Part shown: one piece after another, positions 25,731 through 39,031 of the stretch
How positions within the stretch are numbered: the stretch's first letter is position 1
Layout: every line of letters starts with the position of its first letter
Assembly: GCF_036321535.1 (NCBI RefSeq)
Contig: NC_087438.1
Coordinates: 12,650,001 to 12,714,000 of the forward strand
Origin: Camelus dromedarius
Taxonomy: Eukaryota
Length of the DNA: 64,000 bases
Direction: 5' to 3'
Notes under the pieces: model-generated
The model's database searches: none
The model's input: only the letters and a program-made list of their open reading frames with translations
What the model was told of the DNA's origin: nothing
Program-made: the position numbers and the translations under genes

Positions 25731-28700
25731 AATTAGTATGCCAAAAGTTCAAAGAGAATTCTATTTTCTGGTAATTTACACTCCTATGACATACAAGAAT
25801 AACGATAGTATTGAAAAAGCCAAATTAATCACTTTTTTCCCCAATATGGGAAATATTTGTCATGATGAATACTGTAGGAAAGATTGCAATATTTGAATCT
25901 TGTGGGTGATAATGGGACCTTAAAGGTCTTGGCGTGGGGCCCACATGAAAAGCCTGACTCTCCTTTTTTCTCTACATTGATGGAGGGAGAACAGGGCTTA
26001 CTGAGAGCTATGTGGCTGCCCACAGAGCTTATCCTGCAAACCTCAGTGCAAGAAAGGGTGTTAGTTTGGATGGGAACCTAGGAAAGTGCTGGATCCGGGG
26101 AACGTCCACTGAGTCAGTGGACTGACGTCTAAGGAAGTGGCTGTCATCACCCTTAAGTGTGGTGGCTGTGTCTGTGACTTCAGTAGACCCTTTTGTGTGT
26201 CTTGAATAAATATTCCTTTTGGACATGAACTTCTGGAATCCTTCATTTTGGTCTGCTCTAGTTTTCTTTCTGGCTTTTCTACCACCATGATACCCCAACT
26301 CTGCTCTTCATGTAAGTTTCCCTGACCACATGGCTGTACCTTCACATTTTAAAACACTTAACAGACTTTATTTCATTTAAACCTTATAATGAACTTACGT
26401 GGCTTGGCCTGGCCTAAGTTCCACCTTATAGACAAAGAAATCACAGGTCGTGAAGTTAAGCACAATCAGTCATGGCAGTGACAGGACTCAAAATCAGGTC
26501 ATTTTACTTCTTTTTTTTCTTTTCCTTCTTTATCATCATGTGAATTGATCCCAGTTCTAAGATGACAGATGGCACTAGAGCAAAACAGTTCTTTACATCT
26601 GGTATATAGCTGAAAAGTGAAGATTCTGCACAAATAAATATGAAAGGAATTTTTACCATCTCCTATAACTTCCTTTCTGAGACCTGGCACTATCCAAGCT
26701 TGGATAAAAGAAAGGGGCCTTACATAACTCAAAGTAGAGAAAATTGCAGACTCACAGCATCAGATAGCCTGCGGTGAACATCGTTGAAAGTATGGAAGGT
26801 CTGATGGTCTTGGAGACGGCTCGGCCCTGAATTGCACCAGTGAGGTACAAGTTCCTTCCTGCCGCTCCTTCAATTTCAACTTCACTCATGAATTGGATAC
26901 TTTTTTCTTCCCACATTGGTCCATCTAGGAGAGACTGGGTGGAACTGAATGGCTGGATGTCTAGGCTGAGGCAAGGAGAAGAGGGGACTTGGAGGAGTGG
27001 AAGTTCCTAGAGGAGATACTCTGATAAACTGGAAGAAAGACAACTACATGGGGGAACTGAGAAGAGAATGAAGAACTTCTAAGCTCACTGAGAAAGAGGA
27101 TCAGTTGTATAAGGCAAAGCAAACTTGTTGAACCGAATGTTTTCCTTTGGTAATTTTGTAGCTTAAAAAATGATAAAATATTAGCAATTGTATATGATTT
27201 GACCCAATATTTTGTAACTGCTTTTCTATGCTGGAAGAATAATCTTTGACAATGTAAGCTATAAACATACATGGTTTAAAAACACAATGCCCTGTTTCTA
27301 ACATATTAAATATTTTGATAAGTAAATTCTCAGTCATGACTTCATCCTCACTTGAAGACATAGTATATTAGCCAGATGCTTGCAGTCTAGGAAGATTACC
27401 CCAGGTTCCACAGCTACAAGTGCAGATGTCACTGGAGGAGTGCCTTGGTGACTTAAATAACACTAGTATTTTGCCATACTTAGAACTTCCACTTGGCCAG
27501 CTCACGAATTTCCACATTTGACTTTCAATCTTTTTCTTCTTTCTGGTATCTGAATTCCCTTTCTCTCTTCGGAACTCATTTATATATTTTTAAATACATT
27601 TAGCTATGCTTTAAACATGTCTGGTAGCAAAGGATGTTTCTTACTGGAAAGCTTTCCATGTTGCCGGAGATAGGGGACATGCCAGTTTGAGGTGAAGGAA
27701 GTAGAGAGATTTCACAAGTCATGAAAGATAAGCACACAATGGCTTTGCCATAAGTAAGCATTTCAAAATGTATGTGTGGAAAGGAAGTAAAGGAATAAAA
27801 TGCAAATCAAGTTATTTTAAACTATTATTTTCAGGGCCAAGGAAGAAGTTACAAGAATAAAATCCCTACAAAACATTTTAAGTCCTTCGGTGGTGTTTTT
27901 TTGGGGAAGTAATTTAGAGATGATTGGGTATTGTTATATTTAATTTGATTTTTTAGAACAAAAGTTTACCCAAATAGAAATCTTTGTCATTCCTTTTCCC
28001 CACAACTTTAAAAAGTAAACTATGAGTCTTGAGTCAGCATCATTTTTCTTTTTTAGATTCTTTTGCTTGCAAATTCATCCACCATCAAATTACATTGTAT
28101 TCCTTCCTCTTTTGCCTACCTGTGGCTGAGCCTTTTATAAATAAATCCAAAACCTGGTCATCCTCTCGCCTGTTGCTCTGAGTAAACAGTAAGAAAGCAG
28201 AGGCCTGAGTCCAGTGATTTGATTTTATACAAATGGATCTTGTTAGAGCATTTCTTTCTGCCTGGGATATCAGAAGATTTACTTGTAAACTTCTTTGCCA
28301 AGAGAACAATGGTGGTATTTACTGTTTCTACCATCTGTTGTAGTTTCAAAGAATTTGCTTGAATCCTGCCAAAATGACTGAATTAAGAAATGCTTAATTG
28401 ACTAATTAAAAAAAACCTCATTTGAATTATTCAGCTGTTTGGTCTTTACCAGTCCATGCTATCTATGATTGTATATTTTGAATTTTTGTTCTATTATTTC
28501 TTGGCAATATGTGGATCCAGCTATTTTTGCTAATGATACAGTCCTTTGAACTCCAGCTAGTCTATTGTAAAATTGAATAAAAATCTATCATGTCTCCTTT
28601 CAAAGAGAGCACTGTATGTACATGGAGGGTGATTTGAAACCACTTGAGAAGTGGGGATGAGATCCCAAAGGAACAGGCTAAACTAACTCTGGGGAGAATG

Positions 28701-29762
28701 GATCCTATGACTTGTGGGGCTTCTGAGTAGGACACACAACTTTGGGGCCAAAGCTGAAATTCTAAGGGCAATGGCCATGTAGTGGAGCATCCTTCCAGTC
28801 ATCTCTGTTTTCTGCCCCTCTCTTACCTCTTCCTCGTCCCACCCCATGTAATTTGCAGCTTCTCCTCTAAATGTTGAAGATATTTTTACGTAGCAAAGCT
28901 ATGTCAAAGTACATAGCTGCTCAGGTTGCTCACATGTCTTGGTTTAGGTCTGATCAATTGAAAGAGTAAGGAGGAAACACATTGCTAGAGTGATTTCTGT
29001 CCTTCATTTCTCCATGTATATTGGTGTTAATTGATTTTTTTTTTTTTTTGGTTGTAAGATGCTTTGGAACTCTCCCTCTTTCTTCTCCTTTCTCTTCTTT
29101 CAGAATGCCACCAAGAATTAGATAAATGTATCTATTATAAATGCTGTGAAGAGTGATTTGTAGTGATTTGTTGTCAGATATAGGGCTGATCTTGGGGAAT
29201 CAGGGGTTGGGTTAAGGATGCAGGTGGAAGAGTAGGGAAGTAAGATGCTTCCATCTTCCCAGTCTAGAGAAATTAGGCTGGAGCCACACGCTCTGAAAGA
29301 AAAGGAGGTGTTTGCATTTCTATCATCTTTGAGCTCTGATTACTAATGTAGTCATCTTTAAAGACGTCTACTGTTTACAGTAAAACTGTAATCTCCCTCC
29401 TCCCCTCCTCTCTCCTGTGTTGCACAGCTCCTGATTGCAAGTTTATTCTTGGCATCTTTGAATTGCAAGGACGCTTTCACGTTCTTTCACCTCCAAGCAC
29501 TCTTCCATCCCTGCTGCTGCTCTTCACTTCCTGCTGCAGAAGTGCTGAGTCTCTTGTAGGGTATCTCTCTCAGCCAATGAACATCCAGCAGAGAATGGAA
29601 ACCTTCCACTTCACAAGTCAGGAAGAGGCTCCTTACAAAGTATTATATTTTTCAAAAAGTGGCTGCAATTGGTTTTGGTGTTAGGCAGCGAAAAAGCCCC
29701 CGAATGATTTAACATTGTTTGCATAATACAGATTTTCATTTACTGGAATAAAACTTTGTGTT

Positions 29763-29764
<2 letters not shown>

Positions 29765-29793
<29 letters not shown>
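29765..29793. repeat. (TG)n microsatellite
   Basis: Directly visible. Confidence 0.95.
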
Positions 29794-29794
29794 A

Positions 29795-30130
29795 CCATAA
29801 ACATATTTCTTGAGTAACTTTTATGTGCCAGGTATGATGCTAGTTGACATATAATTGAACAGAACAACCATGGTCTCTTCCCTCAACCAATTTACAATCT
29901 AGCATAAAGTAGACCTCACATTTCAAATCCAGAATGATATAATTACCATATAACCACTGTATCTGAAGAAAGCAATAAAAAGTACACAGAACTTATAAGA
30001 TGATTTAACAGGGGAATTTCATCTAGCTTGGAAATTGGAATAATCCTTCCTAAGAAAGGGGATTTAATATGAGAGCTTAAGGATGAGTAGGAACAGAGCA
30101 GATGAAATAAGGAGCCAGAAGCTGGGGGTA
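29795..30130 (-). mobile_element. L2 fragment
   Basis: ttgagtaacttttatgtgccaggta...atttacaatctag...cttaaggatgagtagga. Confidence 0.65.
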
Positions 30131-30329
30131 GAAATGAAAGAGAGGTGGGGAGTGTAGAGGAGGTTGATGGATGGAGAGAAAGTGGTAGTGTCATTGGATT
30201 GTAAGTCGCGATGCAGGGAAAAGCGTTGCAGTGAGGGGAGAGCAACGAGGCATTTAGAAAGAGAGGAGGTTAAGGGTTGTGTGTGTGTGTGTGTGTGTTT
30301 GTGAAATTGTGGCGGCATCTTGAGTGCAG

Positions 30330-30770
30330 TTTCTAATTATGACTAAATATATGGTGTGGTTGTGGAAGCTGGTGCTGCAGGTGGAGTGATGGCAAAGACC
30401 ACTGGGTATCAAGTTGGGACAGTGCTGGCCCAGGTGTTGATGATGTGCACACGTGATGTTGAATTTGCCTAGCTCCATGGCAGGCGTGAGATGAAAAGAA
30501 GACTGTGAGTCAGTGTTAAATTCTTTACTGAGTGACCAGATGGTTAAGCAATGGCTACAAGGAGAAGAGGCTCTTATGGCCACTTGCTCAAAGGAGCCAC
30601 TTACAAAAGAGAGAGCGAGCATTTGTCTGGAGCTGGCACTGGGGAATCGGGAAGACATCACCTCAGCACTACCAATCCTGAGATATTTGGGGCTTGAGAA
30701 TATAGCATAGCTCCCAATCTCAACTTGAGACAAGTAGAATTTTGAAGGGAAAGTAAGTTTCAGGGAAATC
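30330..30770 (+). mobile_element. Probable ancient CR1/L3 LINE APE-endonuclease relic
   Basis: Frameshifted, collinear motifs WQRPLG, D.NLP and KEPLTKERASICLELALGNREDI...LG resemble CR1 YRPP / GDFNxP / EPTRxxAxLDLVLTNRE...LGxSDH. Confidence 0.4.
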
Positions 30771-31274
30771 AAGGTAGTGTTTGTGTATGTGTATGTGCGT
30801 GTGCGTGTGTGTGTGTGTGGTAACTTGGAGATGATTATGGGTCAGAATCATGTAGAATACAGTAAGAAGAGACCTCCTAAAAATCTATACTCTCAGCCAT
30901 TCACCCAAACCTTGACTCTCTTCTATAGCATGTTCCAAATCACAGTAAAATGCCTGCTTAGAAACTTCCAGCAACAGGTAAATCACTATCTTATAATGCA
31001 CAGCATTTCACTTTTGGTAGCTTTTTCTATTGGAAAAAAAAAAAAGGTTCCGTGTATAGTAGATAACTTTCTAGCACTTTCTAGGTAAATGAGTAGAAAA
31101 AAGTGCTCAGAGGTGTGCAATGGAGGGGTAGACTAAAATGTTATTTTATTTAAATTTTTGTGAATGAGAATTTTCTCTGTAATACGTTTGTGATTTAAAA
31201 TATAAACACTAAATTTTTATTTTAAAAAATTGCAGCACAATCTTGAAAATTAATTTAAAAATACTGTATGGTGT

Positions 31275-31659
31275 GTGCTGTGGACTGAATTTTGTCCTCT
31301 CAAAATGCATAGGTTGAAGCTCTAATCCACAATGTGACTGTGCTTGGAGATAGAGCATTTAGGAGGTAATTAGGGTTAAATGAAGCCTAAAGTTGGGGCC
31401 CTGGTCCTATAGAATTGGTGTCCTTCTAGAACGAGATACCAGAATGCTCTCTCAAACTCTCTCTCTCTCTTTCTGCCCCAACTAAGTGAGGGCACAGCAA
31501 AAAGGCAGATATCTGCAAGCCAGGAAGAAGGCTCTTACCAGAAATCACACCAGCCAGCACCTTGATCTTGGACTTCCCAACTTCTACAACTGTGAGAAAT
31601 GAATTTCTCTTACTTAACTTACCCAGTCTGTGGTATTTTGTCATTAGCAGGCTAACACA
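31275..31659 (+). mobile_element. MLT1 (A/B-type) MaLR solo LTR
   Basis: tgtggactgaattttgtcctctcaaaat...gcaagccaggaagaagg...cagcaccttgatcttggacttccc...cccagtctgtggtattttgtc. Confidence 0.9.
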
Positions 31660-32083
31660 ATATAGTTGGAATTATGAATGGAATTAGTTTCCTGAATAAG
31701 TATTTTGATAATTACCAATTCTAATTATTCTTCATATTTCTCTTATTTGAATGGTAACCAGTTTACACTTGACAGAATAAATAGTAGCAGATTGAGAAAA
31801 ATTTATAGATATTTTAAGTTAATTAAAAATATAAATTCATTTAATTATTTTTTGGATGGGGTCTTGACTTTCTATATCCTGAAAATATTGTTGGTGTTTT
31901 CTTGCTGTAGAGTAAATTTTGAGTCCTGGGGATAGTAAGAACGCTCACTGTGTAGGCTCTGTTGTATTAAGGTAAATTCTGTGCCAGAAAGTTACTTGAA
32001 GGCTCTTCTGGAAATGTTTTTCTAAGTCATTGTCCCCCTGGGTAGCAAATACTGCCGCATCTACACTTAAGAAAACTATTACA

Positions 32084-32960
32084 GACCTTCACTTGGCCAA
32101 CAGGCACATGAAAAAATGCTCAATATCACTAATTATCAGAGAAATGCAAATCAAAACTATGATGAGGTGTCACCTCACACCAGTCAGAATGGTCATCATT
32201 CAAAAGCCCACAAATGATAAATGCTGGAGAGATTGTGGAGGAAAAGGAAACCCTCCTACACTGTTGGTGGGAATGTAGTTTGGTGCAGCCACTGTGGAAA
32301 TCAGTATGGAGATTCCTCAAAAAACTAAACATAGATTTACCATATGATCCAGCAAACTCACTCCTGGGCATATATCCAGAAGTCATTCTAATTTGAAAAG
32401 GTACAGCCACCCCAGTATTCATAGCAGCACTATTTACAATAGCTAAGGCATGAACAACCTAAATGTCCATCGACACATGACTGAATAAAGAAGCTGTGGC
32501 ATATTTATACAATGGAATACTACTTGGCCATAAAAAGAATAAAATAATGCCATTTGCAGAAACATGGATGGACCTGGAGATTGTCATTTTAAGTGAAGTA
32601 AGCCAGAAAGAGAAAGAAAAATACCATGTGACATCACTTATATGTAGAATCTTAAAAAAAAAAGATATAAATGAACTTATTTACAAAACAGAAACAGACT
32701 CACAGACATAGAATACAAACTTATGGTTATCAGGCAGGAGTAAGGGGTGGGAGGGTATAAACTGGGAGTTGGAGATTTGCAGATATGACTATACATAAAA
32801 TAAACAACAAGCTAATACTGCATAGCATAGGGAACTATACTCAACATCTTGTAGTAACCTACAATGAAAACGTATACATGTATGTATATGTATGACTGAA
32901 ACGTTATGCTGTACACCAGAAATTGACACAAAGTTGTAAACTGACTATATGTCAATAAAA
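32084..32960 (+). mobile_element. 5'-truncated L1 with perfect 15-bp TSD
   Basis: TSD aagaaaactattaca at 32069-32083 and 32961-32975 at a TT/AAGA endonuclease site; ORF2 C-terminal fragments [18 protein letters not shown] and [10 protein letters not shown]. Confidence 0.96.
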
Positions 32961-34324
32961 AAGAAAACTATTACATCATATTAAAATGGTTCAATTGTCA
33001 TAACACACCTGAATCTTTTCTTTTCACTAAAGTATTTTTATTACTATTTTTTTAAGAGTGAAAACTTGCTCATAGGGCTTTTTCCATGAGAATTGGAGAC
33101 TGATTTCTTTGATTTTCCTTCTTATCTCCTCCCCAACAGAAGCTGCATGTTTTGAGAGTAACCACTGGGTTACAAGCAAAATAGCCCTAAATAAGCACAA
33201 ATACTTTCCAACGAATGGTCATTTCTGGTATGATCTTAGATTTAAAAGCATCAAATTGACTGGGCCAAGACTGCCACCAGCATCCTGTAGCTCAGATCTC
33301 AGGCTTTACCCATGGATACATGTGTCTTGTAATGACAGTGCCTTCTTCTTTTAAAATCTAAACAGAGAAGTGTAGACAGGTGGTCTAATCAAGGGCCAGA
33401 GAAGTTTTGCCATTTTTGAATGGGCTTTTGAATTTGTCATTAAACTCAATATATACTTGTGTTATCAATTATGTGAAAACACAATTTTTTAATAGGTAGA
33501 ACCCATGTTTGCTAACAAAATCTATTTTCTCTCTCTCCTTGTGTATTGTTTTTTGATATTGATTAAGTGTAGATCTATTCATTCCACAGATTTGACTGTG
33601 TACCTACTATGTGTCTGGCATAATGAGAAATGCTGTTGATACTCAGATACAAGGTACAGCGCCTGCTCACAAGCAGATAGAACTATTTATTAAATAAAGG
33701 TGGCAAGTTTGCATAACTGACCACATGCGAAGAGAGTAAAGAGGAGCAGAATCTAGGATGATGTACAGATTTCTGGTTTCAGTTATTGAACTCATGGGGA
33801 GTATAATTATTTTGACAAAGAACATGTTGGCACCTTATTTCTAAATAGTGGCAGGCTGGAAACCAGATAAAACTCCCCAATTTTGTCTCCTTTAACATAT
33901 TAATGAAACGTACATTCTAACTATGAGAACTATATTCAACTATGATTTGAAGACTGGATTCATTTCCTTCCCTGTTGCCTTGGGGAACAAGAAGTGAATT
34001 TCATGGACAAGCAATTCATCATTTGAAAGAGCTGTTAACACTTGGATTTGTCATTGATTGCTGAGATAATTTACAAAGAAGTTCAATGTGTGCCTCACAT
34101 GGTAGGCTGATCATTGCCATGTCTATTTTCGAACTGTTAATTAATATGCATTTTGTTGTGCTGTTCTTGGTATTCTGACCCAAATTGACTACATGTATAC
34201 ACACTTATACAGGCTTATTAACATAAAATTGGATCTGGAGAGCCCAAGGTTTTTAGTAAATGAGTTATTATTTCTTTAAAAAATTCACAGTATCTCAAAG
34301 TGCTTCCTCTGACAATAGAAATAT

Positions 34325-34784
34325 TGTTGGAAGACAATTGTCCACAAGCCGTTAGTATTTCTAGATGTCATGTGAGTGAAGGGCTGACCTTTGTTCTGGA
34401 ATATCTTTTCATGGATATGTGTACTGTGAATAGACTTGGAAGACAGAGATGGTGTTCCCCTCTGGAGCAAAGGGCAGGCATGCGTGGTGCCCATCATAAA
34501 AGATTTGGGTTTCCTAAATTAAGGGTTCCTCTACTATAACACAATCTGCTATGTATGCAGATGTCATCTGTCCCTCTTTTCATCATTCTGCAAGACTAGG
34601 GGACTGGGGAACTGGCACCAAAAATTCTGACACTCTGGTTACTGCTATTGCTATGATTAAAAACTGTCCTTTTTCTCTGACTCAGGAGTCTTGTGTCTTG
34701 TACCAGCATCCATGAAATTTCTGGCAGGATAACTTGTCAGCTTGCAAGTAGGGTGAATTCTCAGATCCTCCACAGCTCTTGACA
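34325..34784 (+). mobile_element. LTR40-family (ERVL) solo LTR
   Basis: TG...CA termini; tgttggaagacaatt...ctctggagcaaagggcagg...cttgcaagtagggtgaattctcagatcc...cttgaca. Confidence 0.85.
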
Positions 34785-35136
34785 GTTACCATATTTCAGG
34801 TTTTTATCTTCTAATCCATAGGCTCTATATTCCACCATCAAATATAAAACATTTTCCAGCATTAATAAGGTATAACTCTAAGTTATAGATCAAATACCAA
34901 CAAAAAAAATTTATCCAATTTTCTTGTGATTTTTCTTGTGATTGCAAATAAATATGATGTCTATGATACTCCACATTTACTATATATCATAATTTAAAAA
35001 TCTTATTGGGAAATATTGGAGTATAAGAGTACATTCAAAAGCAAAAGCTTTTGTGAAAATGTGAAAGTTACCAATTATTTACAGATAGTTTATTTTCAGT
35101 ACACTTAAATGCAAGCACAATAAATAAGTGTTTTCC

Positions 35137-35310
35137 TTTTTTTTTGTTTTTGTAATCAACTTTATTGAAGTATAATTTACGTCCAATGTAGACTGCATCC
35201 ATTTAAAGTTTACAATTTGATGACTATCGAGGGTTGAATGTGGTTGTAAGACTACCATTGTAATCAAGACACAAGACATTTTCATCACCCCAAATGATTC
35301 CTGGTACCCT
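35137..35310 (-). mobile_element. L1MB/ME-like 3' end
   Basis: T tail, ctttattgaagtataatttac...atttaaagtttacaatttgatga...aatcaagacacaagacattttcatcacccca. Confidence 0.8.
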
Positions 35311-38300
35311 TTTTCATCACTTTTCAATGAATTTTGGTAACAAATGCAAGCCCTTTACAATGGGACACTCCAAGAACAATTTCTACTGAGGAACTTTTGC
35401 CAGTTTCCAATTTTATTTCCATTTTCAATAATTTCAAGAATGAATATTTGATTTTCTCCCTTAAATATTTTCCCTGACAGTTCCTCAATCTAGTCTTTTC
35501 CTCTCTTCCATTTCCCTTGGAGCAGAAGGGCTGAGTAATATTCATGAGCTCATATAAATGGAATAAATAGCATGAATTTGAAACATATAAAGATTAAGTT
35601 GCCTGGCAGAAAAAAAATACCACATTCATAAAAAATGAAGACAGGTGTTAGTGTACTAGAGTGTGGAAACTAATCATGGAAGCAATGAAAAATGGTAATT
35701 ATTTGTGTAATTAAGTGATAGATTATATATAAAAGATATACTTCTTTGTTGACATTAATCATGATGTTTGATTTTAGGGTTTTTTCTTCACTCAGTAATT
35801 GATATGTTTCTAGGGAAGCTTTTTTCAAGTATTTGTTTTCATCTGCCTCTTCATAATCATGGCTCTCAAATCCAAGGATGAATTTTGAATAGTGTATTTC
35901 TCTCAGCGTGTAAAATAGGTCACATGGGTTACTTTGTCTTGAGACCTTTCAAAGAATGGAATGTGAGCAGAATTTGCAAAGCAGCTTTCCCACAGCAATA
36001 GTTATATGTGAAGGACAAGGCACATGTTCTAATTTTAAATGTGAAATAGGGCTAAATCATATATTTGGTTAGAGCTTTTCCAGTTGTTATGTGATTTCTG
36101 ATTTATCAAACACCCATTTTCTCTCTTTTCTCATCAGTTTGGAGAGTAAACTTTATTTTTAAAAATTTGGATGGAAATCGTAGTCTTCTGTCTGCTCTAC
36201 CTAAAAAGAAGGACATATTCCAAACAGTTTGGAAAACTATGAAATTGAAAACTTGAAGTCACTTATCTAGAATTTTTACATCACTCCTCTCTCAACCTCC
36301 CACTTCTTACTGGTGAGAGTTTTTTTTTTTTTTCTCTTAGTTTGAGAAGAAACACATGCAGCAACTCTAAAAATGTAAAATAAAGCAAGTTTCTCTGATT
36401 AGTCTGCAATCTCTCTTTCCTTTTGCATCTGGAAATGCTTAGGTAGACATGTTGAAATCCACAGCACACACATTTTATCCCTGTGTGTCTGTTTGCATCT
36501 TCCATGCCATTTTGCAGCCATGCCTGTCTTTTGTTAAGAATGAGATGATCAAAACAAGAACAATAAAAATTTTAAATCAACGTCCCACCATCCCTTTTCA
36601 GCATTAAATATGGGAAAATTTTTGTGTCTTTTCCAAAAAATAGTCTACCATAAGGAGCAATTAGTAATTCGAATTTAAGCGGGGGGTGGAGGGGTGGAGG
36701 GGTGGGTGAGGGACCTTACAAGGTCTGTTCCACTTACAAACATATTGTATAGCCTTCATTATAATTTAGAACAACATTATTCAATTGGACTCTGAATTTC
36801 TAAGTGTCACACTACAGTTAAACTGTAATTAGAAAGTACTTGGCTTAGTGTGGGGCGGGTTAGCTGGGGTTCTGTTTGTTAGAATTAGATCAACTTCTGG
36901 TGCATCAAATGCCTAGCGGTATCTTTTTGTGAATCACCCACCCAGATAAAGAAATATTCTAATTTACACGAGATGTCCAGTATGTGACAGTAGAACATTA
37001 GGTGGGTGTGGGGCTGTTACACCTTCACGTGGATTGAGGTTTAACAGTATCCTATTTTCCCTATTTGGTTTCCAGCAGAAACAGTGTGATGATTTATACC
37101 TGAGATCCTTGTTGCTCTGTACCTGGTCAGGATTATCCGTCAGTTCATAAGTATGGGGTGCTTTGATCTAAGGGAAAAATTTTTCTTTGGTTATTTTTGT
37201 TTTCATTTGTTTGTTTGGTTGCTTTCACTGCTATACCAGTTCATAGAGGACAACACCATAATTGGGAAATAAAGCAGACGTGTGGGGGCCAGCCAAATAA
37301 GGAGTTCACTAGACTGAGAAAGCAAAGCTCAGGGAAGACTGAAAAATTGTAGTAAGAGTTGGAGTCGGGGTAACAGAAGCAACTGGTTTGTAGATAAGAT
37401 AAAGGCTAGTTCAGGATCTAACTTCATAAAGGGAGTGCACTTGCCCTGGCTGAATACTAAGTGAGTATGGCCAAAGGACGCGATGGGCTGGAGAGGCTGG
37501 TTTTGGAATTTAGACTTGGTCAAGATTTCTGGTCCAGAGAAGTTCACCAAGAGGTCAGTGGGTACAAATGCATGTAAGAAACACAAATCAGGTAATAGAG
37601 ATCAGAAAGCCAGAGAAGACTCTTGGAGGATCAAGATCCAGGGACCTATGTCTGTAAAGAAAACATCAATAACCTTGACCAAAGATTAGGAAAAAAGTCA
37701 GGCTCTCAGCACAGGGTCTGCGCTGTGTGGTACCAAGAACAAGAATAAAGCTTGATTTCAAGGCGTAATGTAAGTACCACAACATCTTCTCCTGCCTGTG
37801 TGTGTGCAGAACCGATGTGCAATTTCGAGAAAGCCTGAGAATGCACTTTGTAGGAAGTAAGTTCTATCTGATCAGAGTGTTTGAGCAAATGGAAAGAAGT
37901 TTATTTTCTGATGCATTGTTCAAAACTGGAACATGTCTGTTATTATTTTAAAACAAATACAGAGGGACGCTTTTAATATAGATGATAATACTCAGGAATG
38001 AACAAGGTGTAATCTCTTCAAAACATCGATTCTTTACATTGAAGCTTAGAAATATCTGCCAATTAATTTTCTCATTAGCTCATGCACTTACTCACAAATA
38101 TTTACTAAATGTCCACAGTACACAATGTCTTACAAAATCTTAAAAAACTTTAATACTAACTTCTATTATTTGTATGTTTAGAATTTCAATAGCAGAGAGT
38201 CAATAATTAACATTATTAGCAATTAATAATGGAGTGACTGTTTAGGCAAGTTCAAGCTCTGGGGAATTATGAAACTTACCAGAAAATATTGATGACAATG

Positions 38301-38899
38301 GAGAGAAATAAAATAAGGTCACAAAAGCCTGAAGTTGTGATTTGTGACTAGAATATTGATTTGAGAATGTATTATCTGAACCACTTAGCTACGATAATGG
38401 CAGAGTTCGGACGTCTGCATGGAAGTGGTGATTGATCGTGTGGTGATAGAGAAGTTGGTCCAAACCCCCTACACTGGGTGAAAAGAAATTGATCTGGCAG
38501 CTTCCTCTGCATTTGTTATTTGAGATAATTTTAGCAGGGAACGCCAGGCTAAAGCGTTGGCTTATATTTATTATTTGAGATAATTTTAATATGGAATCCC
38601 AGAGTAAAGACATTTTTTGAGGGACACTGGCTCGAGCTGTTGGCCAGAAATAAAGTCTAAAAATTTTCTCCTTACTTCCTATTTGTGACTTGTGGTTTGT
38701 TGAGCCAGTCATTGTATTTTCCTGAAAGAATGACTACTTTTATTTAGTTCTGTTTTAAACACAATGAGAGTACGTGTCTGGGTGTGAATAGAAACACAGC
38801 ATGGGATGTATTGGGGCTGCAGGAGACAAACAAAGAGTTCAGGAATATGCTTCTTTACAAACTACAGAGCAAATATTATTTTGAATAAAACATTATTAA

Positions 38900-39031
38900 T
38901 TAATTAATTTAGTGTAGGAGGAAGGTAAGTAAGTTTATTTACTTAGTTTTTTTAGTGGAGGTATTGGGGATTGAACCCAGGACCTCATGCATGCTAGGCA
39001 TGTCCTCTACCACTGAGCTATAACCTTCCCC
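38900..39031 (-). mobile_element. Camelid tRNA-Ala-derived SINE (vic-1 type)
   Basis: ggaggtattggggattgaacccaggacctcatgcatgctaggcatgtcctctaccactgagctata; AGC anticodon remnant. Confidence 0.9.

Noticed and set aside
30254..30772. Longest ORF in the track (172 aa, minus)
   Set aside because: No recognisable protein; it runs into a TG repeat and is antisense to the probable CR1 relic.
38955..39031. tRNA-Ala-like sequence (also at 14987, 19630 and 41125)
   Set aside because: Stems are degenerate and the copies carry SINE bodies, tails and TSDs, so they are not tRNA genes.
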